64,000 nt of DNA from Eledone cirrhosa (Eukaryota): NCBI GenBank assembly GCA_964016885.1, contig OZ024740.1:418004001-418068000 (forward strand), given 5' to 3'. This document shows positions 13,001-24,994 of the stretch, piece by piece. The first letter of the stretch is position 1, and each line of letters opens with the position of its first letter. The translations under genes and the position numbers were made by a program. The notes under the pieces were generated by a model. The model was given only the letters and a program-made list of their open reading frames with translations, was not told the DNA's origin and ran no database searches.

Positions 13001-15591
13001 ACAGGTGTGGTGGTGTACAGGTGTGGTGGTGTACAGGTGTGGTGGTGTACAGGTGTGGTGGTGTACAGGTGTGGTGGTGTATAGGTGTGGTGGTATATAG
13101 GTGTGGGGGTGTACAGGTGTGGTGGATTACAGGTATGGTGTAGTGGTGTACAGGTGTGGTGGTGTACAGGTGTGGTGGTATACAGGTGTGGTGGTATATA
13201 GGTGTGGTGGTGTACAGGTGCAATGGTGTACAGGTGTGGTGGTATATAGGTGTGGAGGTGTACAGGTGAGGTGGTGTACAGGTGTGGTGGTGTATAGGTC
13301 TGGTGCTGTACAGGTGTGGTGGTGTACAGGTGTGGTGGTGTACAGGTGTGGTGGTGTACAGGTGTGGTGGTATACAGATGTGGTGGTGTATAGGTGTGGT
13401 GGTGTACAGGTGTGGTGGTGTACAGGTGTGGTGGTGTACAGGTGTGGTGGTGTACAGGTGTGGTGGTGTACAGGTGTGGTGGTGTACAGGTGTGGTGGTG
13501 TACAGGTGTGGTGGTATACAGATGTGGTGGTGTATAGGTGTGGTGGTATACAGGTGTGGTGGTGTATAGGTGTGGTGGTGTACAGGTGTGGTGGTGTACA
13601 GGTGTGGTGGTGTACAGTTGTGGTGGTGTACAGGTGTGGTGGTGTACAGGTGTGGTGGTGTACAGGTGTGGTGGTGTACAGGTGTGGTGGTGTACAGGTG
13701 TGGTGGTATACAGATGTGTTGGTGTATAGGTGTGGTGGTATACAGGTGTGGTGGTGTATAGGTGTGGTGGTGTACAGGTGTGGTGGTGTACAGGTGTGGT
13801 GGTGTACAGGTGTGGTGGTATACAGATGTGGTGGTGTATAGGTGTGGTGGTATACAGATGTGGTGGTGTATAGGTGTGGTGGTATACAGGTGTGGTGGTG
13901 TATAGGTGTGGTGGTGTACAGGTGTGGTGGTGTACAGGTGTGGTGGTGTACAGGTGTGGTGGTGTACAGGTGTGGTGGTGTACTGGTGTGGTGGTGTACA
14001 GGTGTGGTGGTGTACAGGAGTGGTGGTATACAGATGTTGTGGTGTATAGGTGTGGTGGTATACAGGTGTGGTGGTGTATAGGTGTGGTGGTGTACAGGTG
14101 TGGTGGTGTACAGGTGTGGTGGTGTACAGGTGTGGTGGTATATAGGTGTGGTGGTGTACAGGTGTGGTGGTGTACAGGTGGGTGGTGTACAGGTGTGGTG
14201 GTGTATAAGTGTGGTGGTGTACAGGTGTGGTGGTATATAGGTGTGGTGGTATATAGGTGTGGTGGTGTACAGGTGTGGTGGTGTACAGGTGTGGTGGTGT
14301 ATAAGTGTGGTGGTGTACAGGTGTGGTGGTATATAGGTGTGGTGGTATATAGTTGTGGTGGTGTACAGGCGTGGTGGTGTACAGGTGTGGTGGTGTACAG
14401 GTGTGGTGGTGTACAGGTGTGGTGCTATATAAGTGTGGTGGTGTATAGGTGTGGTGGTGTACAGGTGTGATGGTGTACAGGTGTGGTGGTGTACAGGTGT
14501 GGTGGTGTACTGGTGTGGGGGTGTACAGGTGTGGTGGTATACAGGTGTGGTGGTTTACAGGTGTGGTGGTGTATAGGTGTGGTGGTGTATAGGTGTGGTG
14601 GTGTACAGGTGTGATGGTGTACATGTGTGGTGGTGTACAGGTGTGATGGTGTACATGTGTGGTGGTGTACAGGTGTGGTGGTGTACAGGTGTGGTGGTGT
14701 ACAGGTGTTGTGGTTTACAGGTGTGGTGGTGTACAGGTGTGGTGGTTTACAGGTGTGGTGGTGTACAGGTGTAGTGGTGTACAGGTGTGGTGGTATATAG
14801 GTGTGGTGGTGTATAGGTGTGGTGGTGTACAGGTGTGGTGGTGTACAGGTGTGGGGGTGTACAGGTGTGGTGGTGTACAGTTGTGGTGGTATACAGGTGT
14901 GGTGGTATATAGGAGTGGCGGTATACAGGTGTGGTGGTTTACAGGTGTGGTGGTATATGGGTGTGGTGGTGTACCGGTGTGGTGTAGTACAGGTGTGGTG
15001 TAGTACAGGTGTGGTGGTGTACAGGTGTGGTGGTGTACAGGTGTGGTGGTATATAGGTGTGGTGGTGTACAGGTGTGGTGGTGTATAGGTGTGGTGGTAT
15101 ATAGGTGTGGTGGTGTATAGGTGTGGTGGTATATAGGTGTGGTGGTGTACAGGTGTGGTGGTGTACAGGTGTGGTTGTGTACAGGTGTGATGGTGTACAG
15201 GTGTGGTTGTGTACAGGTGTGGTGGTCTACAGGTGTGGTGGTCTACAGGTGTGGTTGTGTACAGGTGTGGTGGTCTACAGGTGTGGTGGTCTACAGGTGT
15301 GGTGGTCTACAGGTGTGGTGGTCTACAGGTGTGGTGGTGTTCAGGTGTGGTGGTGTACAGGTGTGATGGTGTACAGGTGTGGTTGTGTACAGGTGTGGTG
15401 GTCTACAGGTGTGGTGGTGTTCAGGTGTGGTGGTGTACAGGTGTGGTGGTCTACAGGTGTGGTGGTCTACAGGTGTGGTGGTGTTCAGGTGTGGTGGTGT
15501 ACAGGTGTGGTGGTGTTCAGGTGTGGTGGTGTACAGGTGTGGTGGTCTACAGGTGTGGTGGTGTTCAGGTGTGGTGGTGTACAGGTGTGGT
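1083..15591. repeat. 16-bp G-rich satellite, consensus GTGTGGTGGTGTACAG, about 900 copies
   Basis: Continuous 16-nt periodicity with variants (TATAG, TACTG, GGGGG, GTCTAC); contains a TGTACA palindrome. Confidence 0.98.
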
Positions 15592-15633
15592 CAGAAGTTG
15601 GTAATGATAAGAAACAAATTCTTGATTTACCTT

Positions 15634-15637
<4 letters not shown>

Positions 15638-15670
<33 letters not shown>

Positions 15671-15757
15671 GAGAGAGACAGAGAGAGACAGAGAGAGAGA
15701 GAGATACAGATGGAGAGAGAGAGATACAGATGGAGAGAGAGAAAGAGAGAGAGATAC

Positions 15758-15788
<31 letters not shown>

Positions 15789-15809
15789 TACAGAAAGAGA
15801 GAGAGATAC

Positions 15810-15855
<46 letters not shown>
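15638..15855. repeat. (GA)n microsatellite
   Basis: GA dinucleotide run with GATACA interruptions. Confidence 0.95.
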
Positions 15856-15858
<3 letters not shown>

Positions 15859-15956
15859 CCGGTCAATATATTCACCAGTCTGTTTGATACAGAAAATGAG
15901 AAAAAAATTGTTTTTGTTTTTCTTGTTATTGCTGTTGAACTCCAAGTAAGCAACCA

Positions 15957-16695
15957 ATGCTGAGTAGATCCACGTTGACCCGACTCATGTTGAGTAGACT
16001 CACGATGAGTAGACCCACATCGAGTAGACCCACGATAAGTAGACCTATGTTAAGGCGACCTATGTTAAGGCGACCTATGTTGAGTAGACCTATGTTGAGT
16101 ATACTCATGTTGAGTATACCCACGTTGAGTATACCCACGATGAGTTGACCCACGTTGAGTAGACCCACGATAAGTAAACCTATGTTGAGTAGACCCACGA
16201 TAAGTAGACCTATGTTAAGTAGACCTATGTTGAGTAGACCTATGTTGAGTATACTCATGTTGAGTATACCCACGTTGAGTATACTCACGATAAGTAAACC
16301 TATGTTGAGTAGACCCACGATAAGTAGACCTATGTTAAGGCGACCTATGTTAAGTAGACCTATGTTGAGTAGACCTATGTTGAGTATACTCATGTTGAGT
16401 ATACCCACGTTGCGTGGACCCACGTTGAGTGGACCCACGATGAATAGCCCACGTTGAGTAGACCCCATTGAGTAGAGCCACGTTGAGTATACCCACGTTG
16501 AGAAGACTCTTTTTGAGTATACCCATGTTGAGAAGACTCCTTTTGAGTATACCCACGTTGAGTATACCCACGATGAGTAGACCCACGATGAGTAGACCCA
16601 CGTTGAGTAGACCCACGTTGACCTGACTCACGTTGAGTAGACCCACGATAAGTAGCCCATGTTGAGTAGGGCCACGTTGATCAGACCCATGTTCA
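15957..16695. repeat. 15-bp minisatellite, consensus TTGAGTAGACCCACG, about 49 copies
   Basis: 15-nt period, seen as 5-aa repeats (MLSRP / LLNIG) in the ORF track. Confidence 0.93.
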
Positions 16696-16779
16696 AACTG
16701 TAACCATTCCGTCTTTTCATTCTACAGACAGTAACCCTAGAACTATATATCAAGTATCTCTCGTATATAGTGTAATATG

Positions 16780-16960
16780 CTTTCTGGCACATGGCCAATA
16801 ATTTTAGGGAGGGGGAAAGTTGTTTAAATCGACCCCAGTGTGTTACTGGTACTTTATTTTATCGACCTTTGTAAGGATGAAAGGTAAAGCTAACCATGGT
16901 GGGATTTGAAATCAGAACATAAAGGGTTGTAACTCTAAGCCGCTAGATTTGGCTGCTAAT
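16780..16960 (-). mobile_element. tRNA-derived SINE (family A), diverged
   Basis: Matches the motif ACTGGTACTTTATTTTATCGACC..AAGGATGAAAGG..GGGATTTGAA shared by many copies in the window. Confidence 0.75.
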
Positions 16961-17049
16961 TCTAGTAGTAATACCACTTAGGAGCTGTCCCTCGATGACT
17001 CGTAACCACTAACTGAATAGGAAATGGAAATACAATGAGTCGAGTCTGC

Positions 17050-17360
17050 TAACGAATTGGCTTAGTCTGCAATGAAACAACTGCCTACATTCTGCCAAGT
17101 CCCCAACATACCGGTCACAGTCGTGATTTCTGGTGTCCCTGGTCCCCTGATTACCACATAGGAGAGGAAGATAGTAACAAACCGGGGCCTAACCGATCGC
17201 TTCCTCTTGATACCGGTCTCCGTCGAGACCTCTGGTGTCCTTGTACTGCTGATTTTATCATCCGTAAAATCAGAATCTCGGCGGCCCGATTGAAGAAGGA
17301 GCCCCGTGAGGTGGAATGGCTGATGCAGCGGGTGTCTCTGGCCATTCTCCGCGGGATGCG
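17050..17360 (+). mobile_element. CRE-clade non-LTR retrotransposon 3' remnant (restriction-like endonuclease C-terminus, pseudogenised)
   Basis: Translation ..TT*ERKIVTNRGLTDRFLLIPVSVETSGVL, frameshift, ..ARLKKEPREVEWLMQRVSLAILRG. This resembles the CRE-type E.RK..KY / F.P..VET.G / QR.S.A..RGNA motifs. Confidence 0.7.
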
Positions 17361-18121
17361 ACTGAGGCACCACTCAGACTGGGGGGGGGGGGTAGTCTGT
17401 CCCTCCTCTCCCTTTCTTTCGTTGCTTGATTCTTTATTCTTTCGTTCCCTTTAATAGTGTCTTTTGCTTTTATATAAACAGCTTTTTAAAACAATAGAAA
17501 ATAAAATGTTGAACTATGTTGTTATTGTTGAGCACCAGATCATTATTGAGCATAATTTTGATCAAAAGCATTCCAACCATGACCTCATCATTTTTCCTGG
17601 GTAGTAATATATGTATTATCGATTGCGTTTTTCCTCCTTTAAGACGACAGTAGGATTTGAGGGAGATTTGGTTGCTATTATGTCAAGCTACCACATATAA
17701 GCCGCGTTATTGATCAGTGAAAGACGGGTGGAACCTGTAGGTGAAGAACTATACCAAATTTTCGTGCTAAGTATAGTAAAAAAAAGAAAAAAACCCCAAA
17801 CCAACATTATTGGTCTAAAAAAAATGATATAAAAAAAAAGAACACTTTACGAGATTGGGATCTAGAAAAGTCGTACTGGGTGGTCACTAAGTACAGAGAT
17901 TGACCCAATGTAATATAGGAGGTCATTTGAAAAGACTTTGATGTCGCCTCTTATTGATAGGGTCGAATAGATTCCCCTTAAAGTTGGAACACATTTACAT
18001 ATTTCTCCTTCGCTTTCTTTATTCTGTCCGACAAGGAGACAGCAACAGGGTTCCGCGCATCAGAGAGCCGGCTCTTACATTGTACAAGCATTATTAATGA
18101 TATATAAGTCTGTGAATGTAT

Positions 18122-18208
18122 ATAGATGGATGGATAGATATATAGGTAAATAGATAGATATATGGATGGACGAATAGATAGATAAATAGCTAGATAGATA
18201 GATACATA
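18122..18208. repeat. (GATA)n tetranucleotide repeat
   Basis: Degenerate GATA/GATG units. Confidence 0.85.
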
Positions 18209-18372
18209 GAGCAGGATTATACCAGTTTTAAACTAGTAAGACCATTATTCAGCAGAGTACTTCATATTTGGGATAGTAGAATGTAAATACATCCAAAAGT
18301 CAGAGCCCGAGGGCTGAACTCTTGCCGTTTCGACAGCAATTCTCTCTCTCTCATATATATATATATATTATT

Positions 18373-18575
18373 TAGATATGACTTCTACAGGACTAGAACT
18401 ATTTCATTCTTATGAAACCCCCCGGAGTGTCCTGATGATTTCATATGAATGAAACAGTTCTAGTCCTGTAGAAGTAATTTCTAAAATTAAATAAAGATGC
18501 CTATATTCTACCAACGTAATGAGTACTTTTTTTAACTGATCATTTCCCAACACCTATCGGGACTCCACACTCACT
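18373..18575 (+). mobile_element. Penelope-like element 3' end with 5' inversion (family E)
   Basis: Inverted arms 18373-18418 / 18438-18484 around a hammerhead core; related copies at 33487-33690 and 59836-59995; flanked by (TA)n. Confidence 0.6.
18427..18475 (+). ncRNA. Type I hammerhead ribozyme motif (weak helix I)
   Basis: CUGAUGA (18432-18438), U-UUC-AUAU-GAA-U, GAAA, helix III ACAG/CUGU, GUA triplet. Confidence 0.55.
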
Positions 18576-18659
18576 CACACACATATATATATATATATAA
18601 AGAGAATTGGAGGGGGGGGGGGGGTTTAAAATATCGTTCGTGGCGACAGAAGCTAAAAC

Positions 18660-18835
18660 CTATCCGACGGCAGAGCTCAAGCCGTTTTGACGGCTATGTC
18701 CTGAAATAGCCGTCGTAACGTCTGGAGCTCTGCCGTCAGGGTCAAACTTTTTCCTATTACCCACTCTACTGCCCTAAGTATTGAGTACTCTGGTGCGTTA
18801 TGGTCCATCTGGTTCCTTACCACACTTCCTTCATT
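18660..18835 (+). mobile_element. Penelope-like element 3' end, palindromic (family D)
   Basis: Inverted arms around GACGGCTAT..ATAGCCGTC; shares the tail TTACCCACTCTA..GAGTACTCTGGTGCG..ACCACACTTCCTTC with 31836-32042 and 55403-55620. Confidence 0.55.
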
Positions 18836-18860
18836 ATATATATACAACCTCGGCGGGATC

Positions 18861-18971
18861 TGAGTTCAAATCCCGCCGAGGTTGACTTTGCCTTTCATCC
18901 TTACGGGGTCGATAAAATAAAGTACCAGTAATGTACTGGGTAATTGCTGGCCTTGTGCCTAAAGTAGAAAC

Positions 18972-18975
<4 letters not shown>
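18861..18975 (+). mobile_element. SINE family A, 5'-truncated
   Basis: GAGTTCAAATCCCGCCGAGG (B-box-like)..GCCTTTCATCCTTACGGGGTCGATAAAATAAAGTACCAG..GTAGAAACAATTA then (TA)n. Confidence 0.85.
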
Positions 18976-19027
<52 letters not shown>

Positions 19028-19186
19028 GTTATATAGTAATGTGCATTATTGGTTGTGTAAAATGGTCCAATAACTTTATGTTAGCAATATTAAGTTCTCC
19101 ACGCTTTTGTATATCTCCAATTCCATTCAAGGGAACAGCTAGATGATGTAAAACGGAGTATAAGTATCAAATGAAAATCCATTTTG

Positions 19187-19218
<32 letters not shown>

Positions 19219-19390
19219 CGTACTGCCTCTCTGTTTTGTTCCCGTTCCATTTTTCACTATATATATATATATATATATATGTGTGTAAAAGGTAAACAGA
19301 AATAACGACACAATCGGTACAGTATATGGAAGGGATATATTAGGTTAACGCTTCATATAGCAGGAAGAGGGTATATAATATATATATATA

Positions 19391-19870
19391 TATTGTTATA
19401 CTTTGGGAGGGTCATGTTGCCAATAAGAAACACATGCACCAGTTGTTTCACTTCAATTTATTATAATAAATTTATAAATTTAGGAATTTATAAATTTCCG
19501 GTTCGTTGGTTGGTTCCACAACCAGATGGTTGTTTATATATTGTCAAAGTTCTTTCGTGTTTTGAAACAAGATGGCGTAGGACAGAACAAAGGAGAGGCA
19601 CAAAAACAAAGAAAAGAATCCCCAGTCACTGAAGAGGTCACAGAATGTGTGACGAAAGAACTTTGACAATATATAAACAACCATCTGGTTGTGAAACCAA
19701 CCAACCAAAAATTTATAAATTCCTAAATTTATAAATTTATTATAATAAATTGAAGTGAAAGCAACTGGTGCGTGTGTTTCTTATTGGAAACATGACCCTC
19801 CCAAAGTATAACAATATCGGTTTCAACACACGTTTTCAGATAAAGAATCTTGCTAAACAAATTCAGAAAT
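19391..19870 (+). mobile_element. Penelope-like element 3' end with about 165-bp inverted duplication
   Basis: Arms 19391-19558 and 19652-19816 are reverse complements; hammerhead at the junction; (TA)n on both sides; same terminus at 33171-33325. Confidence 0.65.
19625..19667 (+). ncRNA. Minimal type I hammerhead ribozyme motif
   Basis: Helix I GUCA/UGAC, CUGAAGA, helix II (G)GUCACA-GAAUG-UGUGAC with one unpaired G, GAAA, 2-bp helix III AG/CU, CUU triplet. Confidence 0.6.
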
Positions 19871-20030
19871 GAAATATATATACATACATATCTATATATA
19901 TATATATATATATAAACGTATTGTTATTACTCTGGGGTACTATTCCCTATCGAGTGCTAAAGCTACATACCGAATTTGCATTCGTTAGCTTGGCCGCAAC
20001 CTAAAGCTTCGTTAATGCTGTACTAAAATT

Positions 20031-20065
<35 letters not shown>

Positions 20066-20077
20066 CCTGGAATAACT

Positions 20078-20124
<47 letters not shown>

Positions 20125-20134
20125 CCCGGAATAA

Positions 20135-20212
<78 letters not shown>

Positions 20213-20506
20213 CACATTTATATCTATATTTTCTATCAGTTGCGATTGATGTACAGAGCAAGAGAGAGTGGTAAAGGAGACAAAAGGGACAGAGTAATGT
20301 TCAAGAATTTGGTGAGGATAGAATCGAACTCAGGAATTCAGTTTGAAGATAAGAGGAAGATTGTGAAGACGACTGGCTTTGGTGTTATTTAGCAGCAGAT
20401 CAACCCTGATAAAGCCGACCTCTCGTAACTTTGAAGTTCACCACTAAATACACTCACTGAACTGAAGATTAGAGTCGAGGACGGAGTCTGTTATAAGTGC
20501 GCAACA

Positions 20507-20815
20507 GTGTGTCTGTGTGTGTGTAAGTATGTGTGTGTGTGTGTATGTGTGTGTAGATATATGTGTGTGCATGTAGGTATGTGTGTGTAGGTATGTGTGT
20601 GTGTGTGTGTGTGTGTGAGTGTATGTGTGTAGGTATGCGTGTGTGTATGTATGAGTGCGTGTAGGTATGTATGAATGTGTGTGCGTGTAGGTATGTATGA
20701 ATCTGTGTGTGCGTGTAGGTATGAGTGAGTGAGTGAGTGTGTGAGTGAATGTGTGTGAGTGTGTGAGTGTATGTGTGTATGTGTGAGTGTGTGTATGTGT
20801 GTGTGTGTGTGTATG
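20507..20815. repeat. (TG)n-rich compound microsatellite
   Basis: Degenerate TG runs. Confidence 0.9.
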
Positions 20816-20877
20816 ACTACACGAGCTAAGAGAGGAAGTGTCTAGCATTTTATCAATGACACTACACTACTGTCTGT

Positions 20878-21020
20878 AAGGTGCATGGCTTAGTGATCAG
20901 AGCATTGGGCTTGCAATCGAAAGGTTGTGAGTTCAATTCTCGGACCGGGTGATGTGTTGTTTCCTTGAGCAAGACACTTTATTTCAAGTTGCTCCAGTTT
21001 ACTCAGCTGTAGAAATGAGA
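20878..21020 (+). mobile_element. tRNA-derived SINE (family C) 5' part
   Basis: A-box-like TGGCTTAGTGATC, B-box-like GAGTTCAATTCT, then GTTGTTTCCTTGAGCAAGACACTT central domain. Confidence 0.75.
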
Positions 21021-21354
21021 TGATAAGACTGGGGTCCCTATCATTAAATTACCCAAGATACCTCCAACAAGATATACCTTGGAGGAGGCCAGCTAAACCT
21101 GCATAGGTGTGAGTAAAAAAGTGTTAGAAACATAAACTTGGCCTGTACATACACACTTATATGTATGTGTGTGTGTGTCTACGTTGGGTTTTCGTCAGTT
21201 CCGCCGATGATTGCTCCGAGTGTTTGAACAACGGAACAGACGGCTCGTGAAATTAACGTTCTCTTATTCTTCTTACAATCGCCCCCCCCCCCCCCCACTC
21301 ACCTATTAAATATTGCTAATCTATCTCCAGCGAAATTTTATTGTAAGTGATTAA

Positions 21355-21540
21355 TAATTGTTTCTACTTTAGGCACAAGGCCACCAATTATCCCAGTGTA
21401 TTACAGGTACTTTATTTTATCGACCCCGTAAGGATGAAAGGCAAAGTCAACCTCGGCGGGATTTGAACTCAGTCCGTAAAGGGACGTAACTATGCTGGAA
21501 AGCATGGCGTCCGACCCTCTACCGATACTGCCAATCCACC
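21355..21540 (-). mobile_element. SINE family A, near full length
   Basis: Reverse complement of GGTGGATTGGCAGTATCGGTAGAG..GAGTTCAAATCCCGCCGAGG..GTAGAAACAATT. Confidence 0.88.
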
Positions 21541-21579
21541 AAGTGATTAATAATATCGATACGACAGCTGGAGAATCTA

Positions 21580-21775
21580 ATAATCGTTTCTGATTTAGGC
21601 ACAAGACCAACAAGTGAGGAGAAAGTCGATTAAATCGACCCCAGTGCATTACTGCTACTTTATTTTATCGAGCAAAGCTAACCTCGGCGGGATTTGAACA
21701 TAAAACGTAAAGGGCCGTAACTCTACGACATAAAGCATATTGTCCGACGCTCTACCGATACTGCTAATCTACCGC
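21580..21775 (-). mobile_element. SINE family A, internally deleted
   Basis: Same head and tail motifs, lacks the AAGGATGAAAGG segment. Confidence 0.8.
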
Positions 21776-21789
21776 TAATAATTATATTT

Positions 21790-21862
21790 TACATTTGCTG
21801 ACGTACCCAGCTTCGCCCGGGTAAACAGATGATAATGAGTGGATGTTTGTCTGGTTTACAGC

Positions 21863-21948
<86 letters not shown>

Positions 21949-22540
21949 AAAAAAAAACAGTAAAAAATCTTCCAGATACACCAGATTCTTCGTTTTACCA
22001 TTCGTACATAGTATATGAAGATTTCTAGGTGTTTTCACTTGTGAACAACCTAAATATAACTGTCCACGTTTCTCAAAAGGATGATGGCAGTTCAAGTCTT
22101 TTATATTATATGTAGATAAAGATATAGATATATAGATATTGTATATAAGTGTGTGTGTGTGTGTGTGTATATGTGAGAATCAGTGTTCGAATGCTGTGTT
22201 TAATTCTCTGTGTATCTGATTAAGTATTTACATGAAGATGTGTGTGTATGTAACTTAATAAGGTGTAACGTACGTAACGAACGCACAAACACACCTACAG
22301 ACACACATACATACATACATACATACACACACACTCATACACAATGTGACGTCATCGTCATGTTATAGTTGTCTATAGTAGATAAAATGTTATATTGTTT
22401 TAATCCAAATGAAAATAAAAAATATATGTTGTTACTCCCGGGGTCTAATACTATTACCTGGTAAAATTTGATTTGGTTTGGTCGAGCCTTTGGGGAATGC
22501 ATAAGGAAAAAACAGACAGACAAAGAATTATAGAGATTTA
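21790..22540 (-). mobile_element. Non-autonomous Helitron-like fragments containing (TG)n
   Basis: Left end GCTGACGTACCCAGCTTCGCCCGGGTA resembles a Helitron 3' hairpin on the minus strand; TTTTATATTATATGTAGAT near 22100 and AAATTTGATTTGG..ACAGACAGACA near 22460-22525 resemble Helitron 5' regions. Confidence 0.4.
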
Positions 22541-22756
22541 AAAAAAATACATTATATATAACAAAAAAAAAAGGACATTACAAGAAATCCATATTTACGA
22601 ACATACACTATTCAATTACCAATTCCCCGCCCGTTTATCCCAACCTCCCGCTTATAAGTATTTAAGCAAATGTCCAAACCCCCACACCCATACACCCTTC
22701 TTATTCCATCTCCCCCACCACTACCACCACCACCGCATTATTTAGGACCCGAGAAA

Positions 22757-22953
22757 TAATTGTTTCTACTTTAGACACAAGGTCAGCAACTGACACACAA
22801 TCAACAAGACCATTTAGGGAGGGGAAAGTCGATTAAATCGGCCCCGTAAGGATAAAAGGCAATGTTAACCTCAGCGGGATTTGAACTCAGAACGCAAAGG
22901 GTCATAACTCTATGCTGCAAAGCATGGTGTCTGACACTCTACCGGTTCTGCCA
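22757..22953 (-). mobile_element. SINE family A
   Basis: Family A head and tail motifs. Confidence 0.8.
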
Positions 22954-23189
22954 ATAATATCAGTTAGTTTTAGAATATATAAGACACTCCGATATTAGTG
23001 TGAAATAAATTTTCCGATGTCCTCAATCAATAATAGAATGTTTACTTGGCATATGGCTATTTCGAATATATTGCGATTTCCACAGTTCTGAGAGCAAGAT
23101 ATGTTCAATTAATTGAGGTTATGTTCAAATTAACTTTATACTTCCTTTCTCAGACGATTCGTTACCAAGTTAAAACGATTTTAATGAAT

Positions 23190-23227
<38 letters not shown>

Positions 23228-23440
23228 GAATATTTTATGGGTGTGTGTGTATTAACATATATATATATTGTATATATAATATATAATGAATATTTTGTGT
23301 GTGTGTGTATATATATTCATATATATATAACGAATATTTTGTTTGTCTCTCTCTCTATATATATATATTTATAAAATGAATATTTTGTGTGTGTATATAC
23401 GTATACATAATGAATATTGTGTGTGTGTATATATATATAT

Positions 23441-23601
23441 AATTGTTTCTACTTTTGGCACAATTCACTAGTACATTACTGGTACTTTATTTTATCGACC
23501 CCGTAAGGATGAAAGGCAAAGTCAACCTCGGCGGGATTTGAACTCAGATCGTAAAGGGACGTAACTATGCTGGAAAGCATAGCGTCCGACCCTCACTGCC
23601 A
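23441..23601 (-). mobile_element. SINE family A
   Basis: Family A motifs, inserted in (TA)n. Confidence 0.85.
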
Positions 23602-24240
23602 TATAATGAATGTTATATATATATAGAGAGAGAGAGATTTATATAATGAATTTTTGTTATATATACTCATATATCTATCTTTATTAAAAGAAAATCATAT
23701 AAACAAATACAAAGGCCAATTCCAGATATTGTTTTAAGTTTCACATCATTTGAGACTACACAGAAGAATGACAAAAGAGCACGCGACAATCGACCGACAC
23801 ATTAATATAGTTATTTGCAGCAAACTTTACAAGTGGACTGCTGCAGATTCTACTCAAATTGTCTGACAGCGAATAACGATACAAGTCTTTTGTAGGTAGA
23901 CATTGGCATGACTCGGAGATTCAATAAGGTCAGTTTAACTGCCATCGTTATCATTGTATGGCGCGCCGAATTGTCTGGCTATGGCCGACATCCATAGACT
24001 GTCCGTCGCTTATCGCCTCTCACACGGCCCACCATTTTGTCTGCCTAGCCAACGCACAGTAGTCTATGCAAGCAAACGTTAGCTGCTCCCAGACAATATG
24101 TTACCAATGAGTTTATAGATATCTACATCACCTTCTCTGAAAGCTTTCAACATTTTTATTTATTATCATTTTTTCGATCACTTTTATCAGACTTCCAGTC
24201 TTTTTCATTTTGCCTTCTTCATTCCATCACACACACACGC

Positions 24241-24301
<61 letters not shown>

Positions 24302-24559
24302 CTCTCTATATATATATCTATCTATCTCGCTCTCAATACTAAATTTATTCTATAGAATATATATCCCTTTTTACATTTGAAGCTTACATCACATAATATT
24401 AACCTTTGTCTTTCATTGTCTCGAAATATGTATGATTTACAATGCACATATATATAAATATATATGATTTACAATGCACATATATACATATATGCAGATC
24501 TTGGTTTTTATGTGCACATAAACGTATATAAGTGTGTATGCATATATGTGTGTAAGTAC

Positions 24560-24905
24560 TTATGTATGGGTAAGTATGTATGTATGTATGTATGTATGTA
24601 TGTATGTATGTATGTATGTATGTATGTATGTTTTGTTTTGCTGTTTACTCAAAAATGAAGGGCTGTACACATGACACGCTTTATAGAAAGAGAGGGAGAG
24701 AAAGAGAGAGACAGAGAGAGGGAGAGAAAGACAGAGAGATACATAGAAAGAGAGAAATAAGGAGAGACAGAAAGAGAGAAAGAAGGAGAGAGGGATAAGA
24801 AATAGAGAGAGAAGAGAGAGAAAGAGACAAGAGAGAGAGAGAAGAGAGAGAAAGAGACAAGAGAGAGAGAAAGAGACAGGAGAGAGAGAGACAAGAGACA
24901 AGAGA
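24560..24905. repeat. (TATG)n followed by (GA)n-rich tract
   Basis: Direct simple repeats. Confidence 0.9.
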
Positions 24906-24994
24906 GTGGACTCTGCTAAAGTGACCCAAGGGGTAAGTGAGTAAGTCTATTCAAGTAGGCCGCTCTAGGACTTCAACTCATAACACAAGGTCTT

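Noticed and set aside
769-14624. Very long ORFs (YTTTPVHHHTCTPPHL / VVVYRCGGVQVWWCTG repeats) as mucin- or His-rich proteins
   Set aside because: They are open in all three frames of a 16-bp repeat strand lacking stops, with frame-breaking indels; a translation artefact
1083-15591. Yeast-type telomeric repeat (GGTGTAC core)
   Set aside because: The array is interstitial, flanked by animal SINEs and MITEs, and its variants are propagated in duplicated blocks rather than template-uniform
15879-16760. Possible plus-strand micro-exons around the 15-bp minisatellite (CAA|GTAAGC donor, TTCTACAG| acceptor)
   Set aside because: Peptides are short and unrecognisable, and competing splice-like signals exist on the other strand
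23672-24110. Possible Helitron-like element starting TCTATCTTTATTAAAAG
   Set aside because: No convincing 3' hairpin or CTAG end found; not callable without a library search
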